Source: Eledone cirrhosa (Eukaryota). From it: a stretch of DNA of 64,000 nucleotides. Shown here piece by piece: positions 15,900-31,799 of the stretch (position 1 is the stretch's first letter; every line of letters begins with the position of its first letter). The stretch spans positions 254,510,001-254,574,000 of the forward strand of contig OZ024742.1 in the NCBI GenBank assembly GCA_964016885.1, in the 5' to 3' direction. The notes under the pieces are model-generated. The model searched no databases. It had not been told where the DNA came from and was given only the letters and a program-made list of their open reading frames with translations. Made by a program: the position numbers and the translations under genes.

Positions 15900-16320
15900 A
15901 ATATTGGTTCCTTGAACACAACAACCCACCCTGTGCAGGAATCGAACCCACAACCAAATGATTGTGAGGTAACAGCCTAATTACTATTCTATATTCCCTC
16001 ACTAGAAAAATAGCATCAGACTCTGACTGTCTATGGTTATGGTGACAAGTGTTCCAGTTGAAAAGAACAATGGAACATCCTGCCGATGAAATTAATGTGC
16101 ATGTGGCTGAGCATTCCACATAGTTCTCAGGGAGATTTAGCATGACACAGAAAGTGGCAATGCTGGCCCATTGAATTACAGGTACAACTCATTTTTGCCA
16201 GATGAGTGGACTGGAACAGCATGAAATAAAGAGTGATGCTCAAATGACACATAAACGAAATTCATGACCTTATGATCATGAGCCAAATATCCTAACCTCT
16301 TGGCCACATGTCTTCACTGC
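15900..16320 (-). mobile_element. Diverged SINE fragments (related sequence at ~60-220)
   Basis: Reverse B-box-like GGTTCGATTCC near 15938-15948; body similar to the window start. Confidence 0.45.
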
Positions 16321-19238
16321 ATCAGGTTAAAATATTCTAATTACATCATATCTAATTATATCATATACCTCAACCATAATTTAGTCATGGACAGTTATAT
16401 GTTGTATTCTCTTGGGCTGAGGTCTGTATTGCACAGCATGTGGGTCACATGCCTCCCTGTAACTACTGGTCTATGTTTCATGGCAGACCAATTTTCATGA
16501 CTAATATTTTCCTAAAGTTTGGTAATTTGTCCCTTGCCTCTTCCATAGTCTTGCAGCAGTATTAAGTATTTAAAAAATTGCAGCCTATCAACTGTATTGC
16601 ATATTGGCATTACATGAAGTGGAAATCCCCCCCCCCCCCAACACACACACTCCTTTGGCCCAGTGTGTCCTCTAGGACAGGATGGCACTTTTGAGTCCTT
16701 GAGTTTGTTGTAGCACTAGGAAATTAACTGAGGTATTTTTATTAAGGTAGTTAATACCAAAATATAAAGAAAGCAAAGAGGAAAACGCATTAAATATAAG
16801 GAATTATTAAATTAAAGGTATAAATTATGATAATGATAAATAAAGATATAACGATACAAATGATAGAATTATGTAAATAATAAATGTTTTCAACAAAATA
16901 TTGTTTGATTGTAGAAATATATATAAGAGTAATTATTGTGTTTTAATTAGTAATAACCATGACATTTTCATGTGTCTTGCTAGTCAGATATAAATTGCTA
17001 AAAATATGAGAAAATATAATTACTAGGTTTGATATGATCAAATAATCAAAGTTATGACCACACATGGCATTGGTCCAATGGTAGAAAACAGTAATAGAAT
17101 ACTGTTAGAATTGATCAATGTTTATGAATCAAGCATGAAATTTACAATAAAATTCTGGATTATAAAATAAATGGTACATATCACCTCTGTGTTATTGTAG
17201 AAATACAAAACTTGTGTAATTAAATATTTTCTTTCTTACCTACCTACCTACCTACCTACCTACTATATGCCTACATATCTATCTATTTATACACACACTC
17301 ATACCCACACGTGCACACACACATATAGAAACGTATTGTATATTGAATAATATACGCGATGTTTATGAAAAACATTTCGAAGGCCATTCGCTACAAATTT
17401 TTAAGGTTGTGACCAACGTCACACATTCAGCCTCAGCAAAAACAGGGGAAAGAAATCAACATGATTCTAGCGTATTAGCTGTTATCTAGGCTACATATAA
17501 TTGTTTCTACTTTTGGCACAAGGCCAGCAATTACCCAGTGCATTACTGGTACTTTATTATCTAGGCTACATATAATCCCGTTTGTGTTGAGGCTAATGAA
17601 ACCTTGAATCTTATAGATTCTCAGCCTATTTTTATGAACTGATGAAACTCATTTGCATACAAAGTGGAAGGGGGCTCAACTTCAATTAGAAATTTGTATT
17701 GGTGCTCTGACATAGCAATATAAATGTTAATATCGTATATTGAATAATATACGGGATGTTTATGAAATTATTTTGAAGGCTTTTCGCTATGAATTTTTAT
17801 GGTTGTGATCATCGTAATACACCCAGCCTCAGCAAAAGCAGAGGGAAATAATCGATGCATTTCCAGCTTATTCATAAACATCCCAAATATTATTCAGTAT
17901 ACAATATGTACATTCATATGTATATTGCTATATATATATACACACACACATATATACACACATATACATACACACATATATATATACACATATATATATA
18001 CACACATATATATACACACATATATATACACACATATATATATATATACACACACATATATATATACAATGATATTAAATAAATTGTTACTCAATCATAT
18101 GGGAGGAGGAATACTGTATATATTCTATCAAATGATTCTATGGACTTACTTTCTTATATATTGCTCTGATTGTTGATTATTTTATTAATTAATTCGTCAT
18201 TGAGCCACACCGTAAATGGTTGCCAATAACACATATATATATCTATGGCTCTGTTTAGTTTATGTATATGTAAATGTATATGTATATGTAAACCTATATA
18301 TTTATATACTCCCATATGCTTGAGTAACAATTTAGGCAGTATTCGGCTGCGCTTTCTATCAACCAGCCTACTCGCCGTCAGGCACCAATCACAAGCTTTC
18401 TGACTTGACCACTGGCCATGTGACAGTTCCTAGCCATTTTGAATTCGTTTCTGGCGGGGATCATTTAAGAAAAATCTTTGTCCAATTGAATTTGTTTCCT
18501 GATGATTTCGAAACTCGTGAATTTATCCATGATCAGATATTTCCAAAAAGAAAATGAAACATAATTTTGGTATGTTTATGTACATTTCTTCTTCTAACTT
18601 TGATTTTGTACCTATTTGTGTATGTTTAGCTATATGTCTAGTCAATTTCTACGGGCTATTAGAAATACTAGGTGGATCTTCTGTGGCTGTTGATCACGGA
18701 TAAAATAGGTATCATTTATTTATCTATGGTTTCTTCATAGGTACATTTTAAACTTATAGCCTCGTTTAATTGATTTTTTGTGTGGTTAATTATGCTGATT
18801 GGGAGGAGAAATGCTGTATATATTTTATCAAATTATTCTATGGACTTACTTTCTTATATATATATGTGAGAGAGACAAGAAGAAATAAATAAATAAATAA
18901 ATAAATAAATAAAATAAAAATGGCATGGACTTTAAAATACAATGGGAGGAATCATAATAGTACCACTGATGATGTTGCAGATGTGTGACGAACGAACTTT
19001 GATACTCTTTTACCTGTTTCAGCCATCCGGCTGAGGCCTTGATAGACTATATATATATTCTTTTATATCTGTATTTTTAACTGTTGGTCAATCAATGATA
19101 AACATTGATTGCCAAATAAATTAACTATGGAGATATGAAAGATACAGAAGCGAAAACCAATCCAAACCAAACAGTGAGTGTGGTCTGTTCTGTTATTATT
19201 TCTGGCAATATTATAACAAAATGACCCTCCCCAAGTAT

Positions 19239-19285
<47 letters not shown>

Positions 19286-19288
19286 CAA

Positions 19289-19744
19289 ATGGAAACTATA
19301 TTTATAAAACCATATTTATTTTATTATACACATTTCAAGGGCCACCAAGGCAAATTATGGTGCGCTTTCATCAGATAAAATACAATACAGATTAGTTTTA
19401 TAAATAAATATTCACATACCTTGAAAAAAGACAACCTTAACGGTTGGAGTTTCCTGGATAGTGGAGATATTACATTTATTGAGGGTGATAGAAAGTTATT
19501 CAACCTTTCGGACACTCATTTGCATACTCAATCATAATTTTCTATCACCCTCAATAAATCTAATATCTCCACTATCCAGGAACCTCCAACCGTTAAAGCT
19601 GTCTTTTTTCAGGGTATGTCAATATTTATTTATAAAACAAATCTGTATTGTATTTTATCTGATGAAAGCGCACCATAATTTGCCTTGGTGGCCCTGGAAA
19701 TATGTATAATAAAATAAATATGGTTTTATAAATATAGTTTCCAT
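19289..19744. repeat. Fold-back element, 211-bp arms with ~34-bp spacer
   Basis: 19289-19499 versus 19534-19744. Confidence 0.92.
19651..19716 (+). ncRNA. Type I hammerhead (mirror copy 19317-19382 on minus strand)
   Basis: 8-bp stem I TATTTTAT/ATAAAATA, CTGATGA at 19659, stem II CACCA/TGGTG, GAA-ATATGTAT-A^. Confidence 0.75.
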
Positions 19745-19837
19745 ATTGTATATTACTCCACTAAACTGTTGAGTGCATTATATCAGTTACAAAAAATGTT
19801 TAAGCTTGTTGTATCCCAACAAATTAAATATAACCTC

Positions 19838-19902
<65 letters not shown>

Positions 19903-19952
19903 CAAGGCTCTGATACCATCAACACCGAGCTGGCATATCTAAGAACTGACCA

Positions 19953-20008
19953 ACTGCCTGATGAGGTCATAGCCATTCAATGGCTATCATCGAAATATAT
20001 ATAGCAGT
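19953..20008 (+). ncRNA. Type I hammerhead (same family as 9927)
   Basis: ACTGC-CTGATGA-stem II (ATAGCCAT/ATGGCTAT)-CGAA-ATATATAT-A^GCAGT. Confidence 0.78.
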
Positions 20009-20231
20009 AATTAAAGGATTATGAGTTCATGCAATTGACTTATGTCTCGTCACTATATATATATATATATGAATTTGTTTTGCAAATAAACATTGATTGC
20101 CAGAGAAATTAACTATGGAGATATAAAAGATACAAAAGCGAAAACCAAACCAAAACAAACCAAAGAGTGAGTGTGTTCTGTTATTATTTCTGGCAACATT
20201 ATAACAATATATATATATATATATATATATC

Positions 20232-23200
20232 GTCATCATCATCACCGTTTTACGTCGATTCTTCCACACTAGCATGAGTTAGATGGGTTGTCCTGTTGTC
20301 GGCAATGTTAGGTCGGCTAACCATGTCTTGTTGATACGGGAACTGATTTTGGCTTGATTTCTACAGATGGATGCCCTTCCTAACACCAACCTCATTTACA
20401 GTGAGTGCTGGGTGCTTTTTTTCCGTGGCGCCTACACGTCCACTTTACAGTGTTGTCTGGGTGCTTTTTTGCTGCAACACCTCCACGACCATTTTGCAGT
20501 GGGAGGGGATGGAGGCATATTCTCTATATGCTTTGGCTTCAGCTTGTTCCCGAGGGAATTTGGGTCTTCTGTATTACTGCGTGTCATGGTCCTGTGTCAT
20601 CACTATTGAGAGGTCCAATTGGGCAAGGTATGCTTTTATCACCTCATTCCAGGCTTTCTTGGGTCTCCCCAATCCACGGTTTCCATCGACTTCTAGTGCT
20701 CTGCACCTTTTTATGCAGCTGTCATCCTTCATACGCATCACATGTCCATACCAACGCAGCCTCCTCTCCTGCACACAGCATTTGATTCCTCTTATACTCA
20801 GTCTCTCTCTCAATTCGTGTTTGCTTTGCCGTTCACGTATATTACTATTAAAAATCCATCGGAGCATGCAGGCTTCATTTCTTTCTAATCTATACAAGTC
20901 TTCTACACACTGCGCTCAGATCTCACTACCATGTAACATTGCTGTTCGTATGCACGTATCATACAGGCTGCCTTTTATTTTGAAGGAAAAGCCTTTTGCC
21001 GCTAGCAGTGCCACTAGCTCCATGAACTTCTTCCATTCCGTTCTTACTCTGGTTACTGTACTTTCAGAACACCCACCTCCGCTGCTAATTAGGTCACCTA
21101 GGTAGCAGAAACTGTCTACTATTTCTACCGAGCCCTCCCATAGTTTGGTAGTACTTGTTGCCTGTGACTGTTTGCTGCTTACTGTCCCGGTGCAGCTGCT
21201 ACATGTGAAGCCTACATTCCTAACTAAGCTTCCTGAGATCTCACTACATCTCTTGTGTACCCAAAGTTTGCATTTGGGGCAGAGGATAGAACTCCTACCT
21301 ACACCTTTCCTACATATTGAGCAAGGCCATTTCCCTGAGGGGATCTGGGTTCTGTTTTCTTTTCTACTTATGAGGACCTTAGTCTTTGACAGGTTGACTT
21401 TGAGCCCCCTTCTTTCTAATCCCTGCTTCCATGTTTTAAATTTCTTCTTTAGTTCCGCCATAGATTCAGCTATAAATGTAAGATCATCAACATACAGAAG
21501 TTCTTATGGGCACCCGGACTTAAACTCCTCTGTTATAGCCTGCAATACTATAATTAACAGGAGAGGACTAAGAACAGAGCTCTGGTTGACACCAACCTGT
21601 ATGTTAAATTCCTCGCTATAGTCATTGTTAACACTAAATAGCTGACTGCTCCCCTATACATGGCTTGTATAGCTTTCACAAGCCATTCATCTACTCCTTG
21701 TTTTCTAAGAGCCCACCAGATTATAGCACGGGGTACTCTGTCGAAGGCTTTTTCCAGATCAACAAATGCGGTTTACTTTTAGCTAGGTACTTTTCCTGTA
21801 ACTGCCTCACAAATAAGAGAGCATCAGTGGTGCTTTTTCCTGGCACAAACCCAAATTGCATCACATCTAGTTTTACCCGGTCCCTAATCAGCTATGCTAT
21901 AACTCTTTCCGTTACTTTCATGACCTGGTCCATCAGCTCTATACCTCTATAGTTTCCTCTATCTAGTGCATCTTCTTTAACCTTGTAGCAATTGACAATG
22001 ATGCTGCTGCGCCAATCCTTTGGTATGACACCCTCTTGTATTACCTGGTTAACAATACGTGTGGTTATGGTGTGGCCTACTGACCCAGATGCTTTCAGTA
22101 TCTCGGCAGCTATACCTGATGGACCAGTTGCCTTCCCAGTCTTCATATCTTTAATTGCCTTACTTACTATGCTGCTGCTGACTTATAGTGCTGGTCCCTG
22201 TATAGGGTCCACTTAGGGTAGAGTCTCTTTCTGCCATGCATTCTCCTCATTAAGTAATCTTTTATAATGGCTCTTCCACGCTGCTTTGTTCTCGGCACTT
22301 GTGAGGGCAAATTTACCTTTATCATTCCGGACACACTTCTCTTCAATGACATCACAATTCTCTCTGACACACTGCCTCGCAATCCTGAACACCTCCAGTT
22401 TCTGGTCTTCAAACTCCAAAACATGCTTGAATTTTCTATCCTCTGCTTCCCTTCTAGCTAAGTATACTTGTCGCCTAGCTTCCCTCCTGGTCTCTAGTTA
22501 ATGTACCCTGCTTCCCCTATTCCTCCATTCTTTCCATGCCTGTCCCTTGGCCTTAATTGTCTCATCTACTTTATTGTTCCACCACCAAGTCACTCTCCTC
22601 CTCCCTGTGGTCTTGCTCCAACCACAGATCTTGTCCGTCACCTTTAGTAAGTTATTTTTTAGGAACTCCCAGTGCTCTTCTACATTGAATGTCTTTAACT
22701 GTTCTTCTTTACTGTTACTGACTGAAGGGTCTTTCAGCTTCCAGATCTTTCTTCTCCAGGTTGCCTTCTGTTTCCAAGTTCGTCTATTTCTGACAATGGG
22801 GAGCTAATAACTAAGTTATGTTGGGAGGTACATTCCTCACCAGGGAAGGCTTTTGTGTTTACAACCGTCCATCTATCTCATTCTCTGATAAGGATAAAAT
22901 CTATCTGGCTAGAATGCTCCCTTAATCTATAGGTGATCAGATGGTTGTCCGGTTTTTTGAAGTTTGTGTTACATATCGACATGTCATTGCATCGCAGAAT
23001 TCTAGGAGTCTGAAGCCTTCTTCGTTTCTTGCGCCAAACCCGTAGCCTCCATGGACTCTATAGAAGCCGTCTCAGTGTTTCCCAACATATCCGTTAAAGT
23101 CTCCTGCAATGATTAGGAAGTCATTGTCGTTTGTTAGGGCAGTAGTGTGCATTAAGGACTCGTAAAACCTATCCTTAAGTTCATCTGGCAGTCCCGATTG

Positions 23201-23545
23201 GAGTGCGTAAGCTGATACGATTGTAGCAACTGTTTTATTCAGGACTAGTCTGGGTTTAATGATTCTTGCGTTTACCCTGCTTATTGAGATTATCTTATCT
23301 ACCTATTTGTCAGTTAATAGTTTACCCACACCACCCATCCTGTTGTCATTTCCCACCCAGAAGAATTTATAGCACTGACTTTTGCCTACAAGGACTATAA
23401 CAGACCCTCCTCGCCATCTAGTCTCTTGCACACAGTATACGTCAATTTTCTTTCACTCTAGCATCTCTACGTATTCTTCTGCTCTTCCTTTCACTGTGCT
23501 TACGTTGATGGTGCCAACCCGGAGTATTGGGCATTCGCTATTACT
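20232..23545 (-). mobile_element. Near full-length decayed RTE LINE (APE endonuclease plus RT)
   Basis: Fragments KTGKATGPSGI, NYRGIEL, GLKVNLSKTK, FCYLGD, RRLRWYGHVMR; APE-like 5' part; (GAT)n tail at the left; many stops and frameshifts. Confidence 0.92.
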
Positions 23546-23939
23546 CGTAGGAATGGGTGGATTTTGTGGGGGAATGTGTATGCTTTCTGTCTCTGAATTA
23601 GAGCTTTGCATGGGTGCTTGGTACATCATGGATTCATACTCATGTATTTGTTCGGGGTTGTTCCATTCTCCTCAACTCATCCATAGCTAACATTAAACAG
23701 GAATTCTTTGGAGCAGTAATAGTAATGGCAGAATTTGTTGGGGCTGGTAAGGGCTAGAAGGACAGTAGTAGTAATGGCAGGATATGTTAGGGCAGGTAAT
23801 GGGTGAGGACATGTTGGTGTGGTTTGATTGGTTGGAAAGCCTATGGTGGTGGTGGTGGTGGTTGTGGGGGGTGGGGGTTATTGTGAAATAGATTGCCAAC
23901 ATGGTATACAGTGAGGTTTATTTTATTAATATATATATG

Positions 23940-23971
<32 letters not shown>

Positions 23972-24044
23972 CTATAGAGTAAAGCATGTCAAGAGAATTA
24001 TTTGATAATATATATACATCATCTCTACTCCCATATATATATAT

Positions 24045-25300
<1,256 letters not shown>

Positions 25301-25380
25301 ACAATGCTTCAAGCAAACTTCAACTCTCTCTTATATATATATTTGTTTTTTTTATATATATATATATATACATATATTTG

Positions 25381-25434
<54 letters not shown>

Positions 25435-25437
<3 letters not shown>

Positions 25438-26310
25438 TCACCACCATCATCATCATCATTTTACGTCCGCTTTTCCCTGCTTGCAAGGGTAGGACTGGTC
25501 CTATTCAGCACAGCCTCACTCTACTTGCCACGGGCCTTCGTCATCTCCTCCGTGAACTTCAGCAATCTGAGGTCTGCTCTCACCACATCCGTCCATGTTT
25601 TTCGTGGTCTTCCTCTACTGCGTCATCCTTCTACTGGGATTTCTTGGCACTTCTTTACCCAGCGGTCATTCTCCATACACATTACATGTCCATACCAATG
25701 CAGTCTTCTCTCCTGCACACTACAACTTATACACAGTTTCTCTCTCAACTCATCTATGCTTGGTCGTTCATGCACATTGACATTGCACATCCAACGGAGC
25801 ATACTTGCTTTATTTCCCTCCATCCGTTGCATATCCTCTGTAGTTGCTGCCCATATCTCACTACAATGGAGCATTGTGCATCTCACACAGGCATCATATA
25901 ACCGGCTTTTCGGATGCAGGGAGAAACCCTTCTTTGTCAACAGAGGAAGCAGCTCCCTAAACTTCTTCCAACTTGCCCTTATTCTGGATACTATGGCCTT
26001 GGAACACCCCCTCTCATGGTAATCTGATCACCTAGGTACCGGAAGCTATCAACCACTTCTATAGAGACCACCTGCATTTGAAAAATGTGTCTATCACTGC
26101 GATTACTACTGTCAACTTACCCTGTACATCTACTGCATACATTGTTTTCCCTACCCGTTAGTTTGCCTGCTATCTCACTACATCTCTTGTATACCCAAGA
26201 TCTGCATTGCGTACATTTTATAGAATTTATGCCAGTTCCTTTTCTACATATCGAACATGGCCATTTCCCTAATGGAATCAGAGTTTTGTCCTCTTTTTTA
26301 CTTATCAACA
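25435..26310 (-). mobile_element. RTE LINE 3' fragment
   Basis: [10 protein letters not shown] and RLYDACVR..MLHCSEIW fragments; (GAT)n tail. Confidence 0.88.
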
Positions 26311-26345
26311 GTTTTATTTATATAAATATATACATATTTTTATTC

Positions 26346-26454
<109 letters not shown>

Positions 26455-28829
26455 GAGAGAGAGAGAGAATTATAATAAACACACAAGACATCTACATTTG
26501 ATGATCATTGATCATGTTAGGAGTGTAGTAATGTGTGTTTGTGTTTGACAAAAAACAAAAGCTTTCTTTACATAATTCCCTGTCTTCAAGTTCACATCTG
26601 AGTTCCTTTTCCAAATATAATTTAGATCAGCAGGCAACATTTTTTTCATCTATTACATCCTATTTCTAGAAGTCAAATATACTTCATATCACTTGCTATT
26701 GTCTTATAAAGGAAAGACATGTCTGAAAGTAGAACTGACTGCCATTGACTTCAGGTGAACTTCCGCATGACTGGGTCTAAACAACTCCCTCATCATGTAT
26801 CAATACGTGCACACAGTATTGTTGTTATTTCCTTCATTTACATATTTCCTTTACATGGTGTATCAAAGATTTATGAATGACATTACATATTGTAGTCCTA
26901 GATACACAGTGTCTTAATAAAAATGAACTGGTACCGACTAGAACTGTTTTGATCATATAACTGCTCAACCAGAGGTCACCTGAAGCTAATTAAACAACAG
27001 AAAGAACTACAATTATATGGGCCAATAAGAAAGCATGTATGTGGTTGTTTGAGTCCCAAGAAATAATAGCTAGATCTTCATAACTTTTAGCATTGGTAGA
27101 CAGGTTTGGGAATGGTGTTATTAAGGTATCAATTCCTATTAAGGTATAAATTCCTAAATACTAAAAATATGCTGAAAATATCAGTCAAAATCTTTCATTC
27201 TTAGCAGACTCAATATTTTATTTAAAAAACGAATATTAAATAATGAATTAGTTTTAGTAAAAAAATGAAATGTTATACATCATTGAATATAAAAATACAA
27301 AAGAAAATTATTGTAATTGATTTAAATGAACATAAAATGAAATTACTGATTTAAATTGTGAAGCCAAATCCTAACAACTCAGTCATGCATGTTTCTATGA
27401 TGATAATAACTATACTAATAATTGCTTTAAATTTAGGCACAAGACCAAACAAAAATTTGGGGAGTTGAGTTAGTTGGTTATATCAATGTCAGAATTATGA
27501 TAGGCAAAAGTGACTGGTGCAGGATTTAAAATTCAAATGTAAAGAGTCTGAACGAGTGCCCAAAGGCATGTTTCCTGATGCTTTATCAATACTGATATTT
27601 TTATTGGCTATACCAGCTGAAAACATTGGGAACAATGCAAAGCAGAAGGAGAGAGGGGAGAAGGAGGTAGAGGAGGAGGAAAGGTGGAGTAGGAGGAGGA
27701 AGAGGGGAAGAAGAATCAGTATATGTGTCCTCCAATAAGGAGGCCAGGTCAAGTCACGTCAATGAATCCACCAATCTCCTTCCCTTATTTTGAGGTGCTA
27801 TAACTTAAAAGCAATAGATATACAAATATAGCATGTATGTTTAGAAAACAGCAAGCAGAATCTGAAAATCAGATTAGAACTCACCGTAAACTTTGACACA
27901 GAGCGGAAAAAAAGATTGGCATGATCACACATGAGTGTCGAATCCACACCTCTTGTTTGCCAAACAAGTGTGCTACCACTTACACTAATGAACCTACTCT
28001 GTCTCCTTCTATTATTTTTAGGAGCTATAACTTAAGCAGGGGTGGTGGAAACATTTCTGAATTGGGGTGTGTGGCAAATTTAGTCAATTTAGTTGTAGTG
28101 ATTAGTTTAGCTCTTTGTATTCTAAAATGGTCAGAAAACTTTGATATGCGATAAATATAACATATATATAAATTGTAACAAATAGATGTGTGCTTTGGTA
28201 GTTTGGGGAGAAAAATATAATTATTGGGGTTGGGGGGAGCATGCCCCCCCCCCCCAATTCCACCGTTCCTGTTAATGGCAACAGGTAAACAAAGAAAGCA
28301 TGTATAGTTAAAAATGATGAGTAGAATTGGCTCATATGATATAGTTACTTTTATGGATTATACATGGGAAGATTTGTCTTTTTTGTTGAATTGGAATTTA
28401 CAGGGAGTTTGACATTTTATTGGCTTGGCATTAACTCTTCATTTACCTGAATATTTACCTTTGTGAAATACATATCTGCGTTATGAAGTAATACAGAAGC
28501 CCCGACTTCCCACAGATACAAGATGAAGCTGAAGCATATAGACAGTATGCCCCCACACCCTCCCACAGTAAAGTGGTCGTGTAGGTGTCATGTCAAAAAA
28601 TCACCCAGTCGACACTGTAAAGTGGTTGTGTAGGTGCCATGGTAAAAAGCACCCAGTACTCACTGTAAATGAGGTTCGCGTTTAGAAGGGCATCCAGCTG
28701 TAGAAATCAAGCCAAAATCAGTTGTGTATGATTTAAGACATGATGAATTGATCTGGCATTGCCCACAACAGTGCAGCCTGTCTAACCCATGCAAGCATGG
28801 AAGAATGGACGTGAAACGGTGTTAATGAT

Positions 28830-29690
28830 ATCATCATCATCATCATCATTTTATGTCCGCTTTTCCCTGCTTGCAAGGGTGGGACAGGTCTCATTCAGCA
28901 CAGTATCTCTCCACTTGTCATGGTCCTTTGTCATCTCCACACCTTCCTGTATGTCTCATGCCATCTCTTGCTTACTGAGATATCACTAACGACTAACCTA
29001 TGCTGTGGGGTACATTCTTCCCCAAGGTATGCCTTGGTATTTGACACCATCTGCCTGTCCCGCTGCCTAACTAGTAAGAAGTCAATCTGGCTTATATGCT
29101 CGCCATATTTGTAGGTTATTAGGTGGTTGGCAGGTTTCTGGAAGTTAGTGTTGCAAATAGTCAGTGTACTTGCATCACAAAATTCAACAAGTCTTACTCC
29201 TTCTTCCTTTTTGGAGCCGTAACCGTGCCCACCATGTACCCCAGTGTAACCATCCTGGAGCTGCCCAACATGATCATTGAAGTCCCCTGCTAGCATAACG
29301 ATGTCTCCGTCCTCTGTCATTGCGGTTGTTTGTAAAAGTTGCTAGTAAAAGCAGTCTTTCTCTTCTTTGCTAGGCCTGCTTGGGAAGCATTGTCAGTAGT
29401 CTCCTGCCTACAACTAATCTAAGCTTAATTATTCGATTACTAAATCGAACTACCTCTATTGTCTTATTGATCCATCTCTCAGCCAACAAAATGCCTACTC
29501 CCCCTAACCCATCATCCTTACCTACCCAGAAAAGCTTATAGCTAAGATGTTTGCCTATGACTAGTCTCGCAGAGGCACCTCTCCATCTCACCCCTTGCAC
29601 GCAGCACACACCCACATGCCTTCTCTCCTGCATCTCCGCTATTTCAGCAGATCTACCCCTGAGAGTGCCAACATTAAGTGTTGCCAACAT
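28830..29690 (-). mobile_element. Internally deleted RTE LINE (APE domain joined to 3' tail)
   Basis: LATLNVGTLRGR, AGDFNDHVG, SQIDFLL, QHRLVVSD; the tail follows directly. Confidence 0.85.
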
Positions 29691-29724
29691 ATATATATAT
29701 AAAGAGAGGGAGGATGTTAGAGGT

Positions 29725-29775
29725 GACTTCTTCAGAATTAGAACTGTTTCATTCATATGAAATCATCAGGAAGTC
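29725..29775 (-). ncRNA. Family D-related hammerhead, probably inactive (U16.1 to A)
   Basis: GACTTC-CTGATGA-TTTCATATGAAT-GAAACAG..CTGAA-GAAGTC. Confidence 0.6.
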
Positions 29776-30010
29776 CAGGTCTTTCCTTATGATTTCATAT
29801 GAATTGTAGAAGTCATTTCTGTATAAAATAAAAATGCCTATACTCTACTAATATATTGAGTACCTTTTCAACTGTGGTCATCTTTCAATATCCATATGGA
29901 ATCCATCCATAATCTTATATATATATATATATGGTCACCTGACCTGGCATTGCCCACAATAGGACAACTCGTCTAAAGTATGTTAGCATGGAAGATTGGA
30001 CGTAAAACGG

Positions 30011-30041
<31 letters not shown>

Positions 30042-30125
30042 ATATTTATAACAGAGTTATAATGGGTATGTGTGAAAATGTATTTGTGCTATGGTGAATG
30101 TATGAGAATATATTTTGTTGTATGA

Positions 30126-30193
<68 letters not shown>

Positions 30194-30880
30194 TTGTGTG
30201 TGTATATTTATGGTATAGTGTATGTGTGCGTTTATATCCATTTATGGTATAGTTTATGTATATGTCTATATATGTTTATAGTATGGTGTGTGCATGTCTA
30301 TGTGCAAGTAAATTCAAGATATGGTGTTCTAGGTTCCCCCACCCCATCTGTCTACGTGGGTTTTTTTCTAATATTTTTGGAAAACGAATTATAATAATAT
30401 CTTGTGTTGTATATATATCGATTGATTGACAACAACACGTTATTTCACAGAGCCAACACGTCGATTACCTCTGTTGCACATGACCAATCACACACGGCAC
30501 CAATTCTTTGTGCAGCCGGGTATGCCACTAGTTTCTATAGATCCGTCATATTTTTGTCTTTTAGTCATGTTTGATTTATACAATTTTTCCTATTTTTGTT
30601 TGCGTGGTGCCAGCAAGGAGCATGAACCAAAATCTCTCATGTCATATTGACTGTGGCTTTATAGTACACCAGCCACATGCTTTGAAATAAATCACCCAAC
30701 AGGGGGTGAGTTAGAGTGCTGAGGGCGAGGTGTGGATGTGGGGAGGATTTTTTTAATTATTATTTTAATAGTTTTATGTATTTTATTTTATTTTATTTTA
30801 TTACAATATTAACTGTAATGGTCCGATTTGTTTGTTATGCTATATATTAAATTTGTTTTGCTCTTGTTGTTACCATCATT

Positions 30881-30915
<35 letters not shown>

Positions 30916-30923
30916 TATTATTA

Positions 30924-30972
30924 GGCAGTGGTGTCAGCAGTGAAGATGAATAGAAAACTATATAAATGAATA

Positions 30973-31031
<59 letters not shown>

Positions 31032-31048
31032 TAATAATAATAATGAAA

Positions 31049-31101
<53 letters not shown>

Positions 31102-31150
31102 TATTCATTTATATAGTTTTCTATTCATCTTCACTGCTGACACCACTGCC
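30924..31150. repeat. Palindrome with (AAT)n/(ATT)n core
   Basis: About 50 bp of unique arm is perfectly inverted around opposed trinucleotide tracts. Confidence 0.92.
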
Positions 31151-31538
31151 ACCATCACAACCACCAATACCACCACCACCACCATCACCACCACAATCTG
31201 ACTTGGTGATAAATGAATCCAAAAGTGGAATACTTATTCCAAAAGTTTTTAATTAAATCTCAGTCTGACTATTCAGACTGTGTTTGTATATAAATGATAT
31301 GTATACCTTTAGATGTAATATATGTCCAACAGTGTGTACACAGAATATTACACTTAACACCTGCTGTGTATTATATACAATGGTGGTAGTGGTGGTGACA
31401 TCATGGCTCCCTCCTATGAATCTCACATGCGGAGAAGAGCTGTGACAAATGTACCATTTATCATAAATAGGAATGGCCTACGGAATATTTGAATAGTTAA
31501 GACAAGAAGGAAAGAGGATGAGAAAGAGGGAAAGAGGT

Positions 31539-31619
<81 letters not shown>

Positions 31620-31799
31620 TGTTAGATTTTCCAAATAAATGCTGAAATGTGATACAAGATGTGGTCATTATCACCATCATTACCATCACCATCATCCCTT
31701 TAATCTTCATTCTTCCATGCTAGCATAATTTGGACAGGTTATCACAGACCAAGTCTGTGCTGGCCTCCATACTGGAGAAGACTTTAACCATTATATATA

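Noticed and set aside
18490-18580. CTGATGATTTCGAAAC as a hammerhead
   Set aside because: No convincing stem I pairing could be built.
20371-22807. Plus-strand ORFs up to 244 aa
   Set aside because: Antisense frames of the RTE LINE.
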